NCBI GenBank assembly: GCA_965219445.1
Contig: CBDCNQ010000005.1
Coordinates: forward strand, 544,001-608,000
Source of the DNA: Longimicrobiales bacterium
GTDB lineage: Bacteria; Gemmatimonadota; Gemmatimonadetes; Longimicrobiales; Gaopeijiaceae
Length of the DNA: 64,000 nt
Direction of reading: 5' to 3'
In this document: positions 62,699 to 64,000 of the stretch, one piece after another
How positions within the stretch are numbered: position 1 is the stretch's first letter
How the letters are laid out: each line of letters opens with the position of its first letter
Made by a program: the position numbers and the translations under genes
The notes under the pieces: model-generated
Told to the model about the DNA's origin: nothing
Databases searched by the model: none
What the model saw: the letters and a program-made list of their open reading frames with translations, nothing else

Positions 62699-63486
62699 GG
62701 GGTCGTCCCGACGGATATTGACATGCCACGCGTCGGTGCGGTCCGACCACTACGCGGCCAGCGCTTTGGGATCAACATTGCCTAGTTTTCCACGGTGAGC
62801 CTGCAGGGCTGTTCGGAGCGCAGACTTTGCTCGTGTGTCCTCGGCGAGTTCCCCATTGATTTGGCCGACGAGACCTCTAGTGGCCTCTCCTAGTCCGCGT
62901 CCCCTCAACCGACCCCAGCAGCTGCCTGCCGCCATATGTCCTTCGTGTGGCGCGCGACTCAGGACGCACCGGCAAGAGGGACGGGGGGCGAGCCAGCCGC
63001 CCGTGACCTCCGCCGGAGCGCGGGCGTCCAGGGGATCGAAGGGGGGCGGAGCCACCCCTCGCCAGCCCCTGCCGGGGACCCGCGAAGCGTGGCCCCAAAG
63101 GGTAGGCTGGCTCTTGCACCGTAAGGTGCTCCGAGCCAGCCCGGCGGACGCCGCCGAAGCAGCGGGGGAGGGCTTCGGCTGTGACCCGTCCAGATAGGCC
63201 CGCCCAAGCTATCTGCCGCAGTAACGCGGCTGCGGACTGCCGCAGACCCGGAACACGGCACTCCGGTTCGAATATTCCCAGCATCGTTCGTGCGCAGGCC
63301 GACGTCCGGTCGAGATCCGCACCCATTGACGGAGCCTTCGGCGAAGGCCGACGGGGCGTTTGGCAAGCCGCTGGCGGCGGTGTCCAACAGCCCCTGTACC
63401 GTACTGAACGTCTCTGAACGCCACAGGCATTTAGGAGGTTTTCTACGGGTTGACTTCCTTGCAAACGGCTCCTCACCGTTAGGGGC

Positions 63487-64000
63487 ATGAAGACGCTGAA
63501 GCAGCAGTTCAACTCGGCGGCGAGCGGAGCCATCGTCCACCTGCGGGGACGCGAACGGGCACTCGAGGGATTTGGCTGGGCGGGCCGTCAGGCCGAGTGG
63601 ATCGCCTTGGCCTGTCTCCATGGCGGCGTGTTCACTCGGGCTCAGTGGACGAGCTTTCTGGGTTGCCACCACGAAAAGGTGCGCCGCGCCGTCCGCGTCC
63701 TCGTCGCGCAGGGCGTGGCCGTCGAAGAGGATCCGCCCGGCATCGACGGCATCGGTCGAGTGTGCCGAATCCACGCGCGCCGGATCTACCGGGCGCTCGG
63801 CGCCGGGAACCGCCGCCGCCGCCGGATCACCTCCACGGAAGTGCTGATGCGGCGCCTGCTCTCGCTCGACTATGTGCTTGATCATTCCCGCCTGCCTTGG
63901 CTCCCGACCGAGCCGGAGAAGGTCGCCGCCTTCGAGGCGCTCGGCATCGAGCGCAGCATCCTGCCCGTCCGGGTGTACCGGGGCGCCGCAGGCGAGACGC
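63487..64000 (+). CDS. Family X protein, runs off the window
   Basis: Start identical to 18204; diverges after 63954. Confidence 0.75.
   Translation, partial: MKTLKQQFNSAASGAIVHLRGRERALEGFGWAGRQAEWIALACLHGGVFTRAQWTSFLGCHHEKVRRAVRVLVAQGVAVEEDPPGIDGIGRVCRIHARRIYRALGAGNRRRRRITSTEVLMRRLLSLDYVLDHSRLPWLPTEPEKVAAFEALGIERSILPVRVYRGAAGET

Overview
High-GC bacterial window; gene content suggests Gemmatimonadota/Acidobacteriota, which is inference only. 1-8.6 kb is backbone: TolC, membrane-fusion protein, two MacB/LolD-type ABC ATPases, a sigma-54 two-component pair and ABC-permease remnants. An IS cluster (IS3, IS256, IS3) follows, then a truncated tRNA-Arg(CCG). From about 13.3 kb to the end is a nested mosaic island. 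It holds two related compact ICE-like modules (virB5/6/8 in copy B; virD4, virB11, ardC, relaxase-like, xis, int in both), five tyrosine recombinases of three types, and a 3.7-kb satellite inserted precisely into the Walker B codons of virD4. It also holds two families of repeated structured non-coding elements. Cargo includes a Hachiman-like pair, a B12 radical SAM enzyme, a TonB receptor, three outer-membrane beta-barrels and a nucleoside deoxyribosyltransferase. Best novel-system candidates: (1) a stand-alone UG/Abi(DRT)-like reverse transcriptase with an HGDD motif, long helical C-terminus and hairpin-rich leader (59.3-61.1 kb); (2) integrases that target conjugation genes; (3) a six-copy ~92-nt three-way-junction element whose pairing is conserved while its sequence varies. 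All family assignments come from motif recognition by eye, not database searches.
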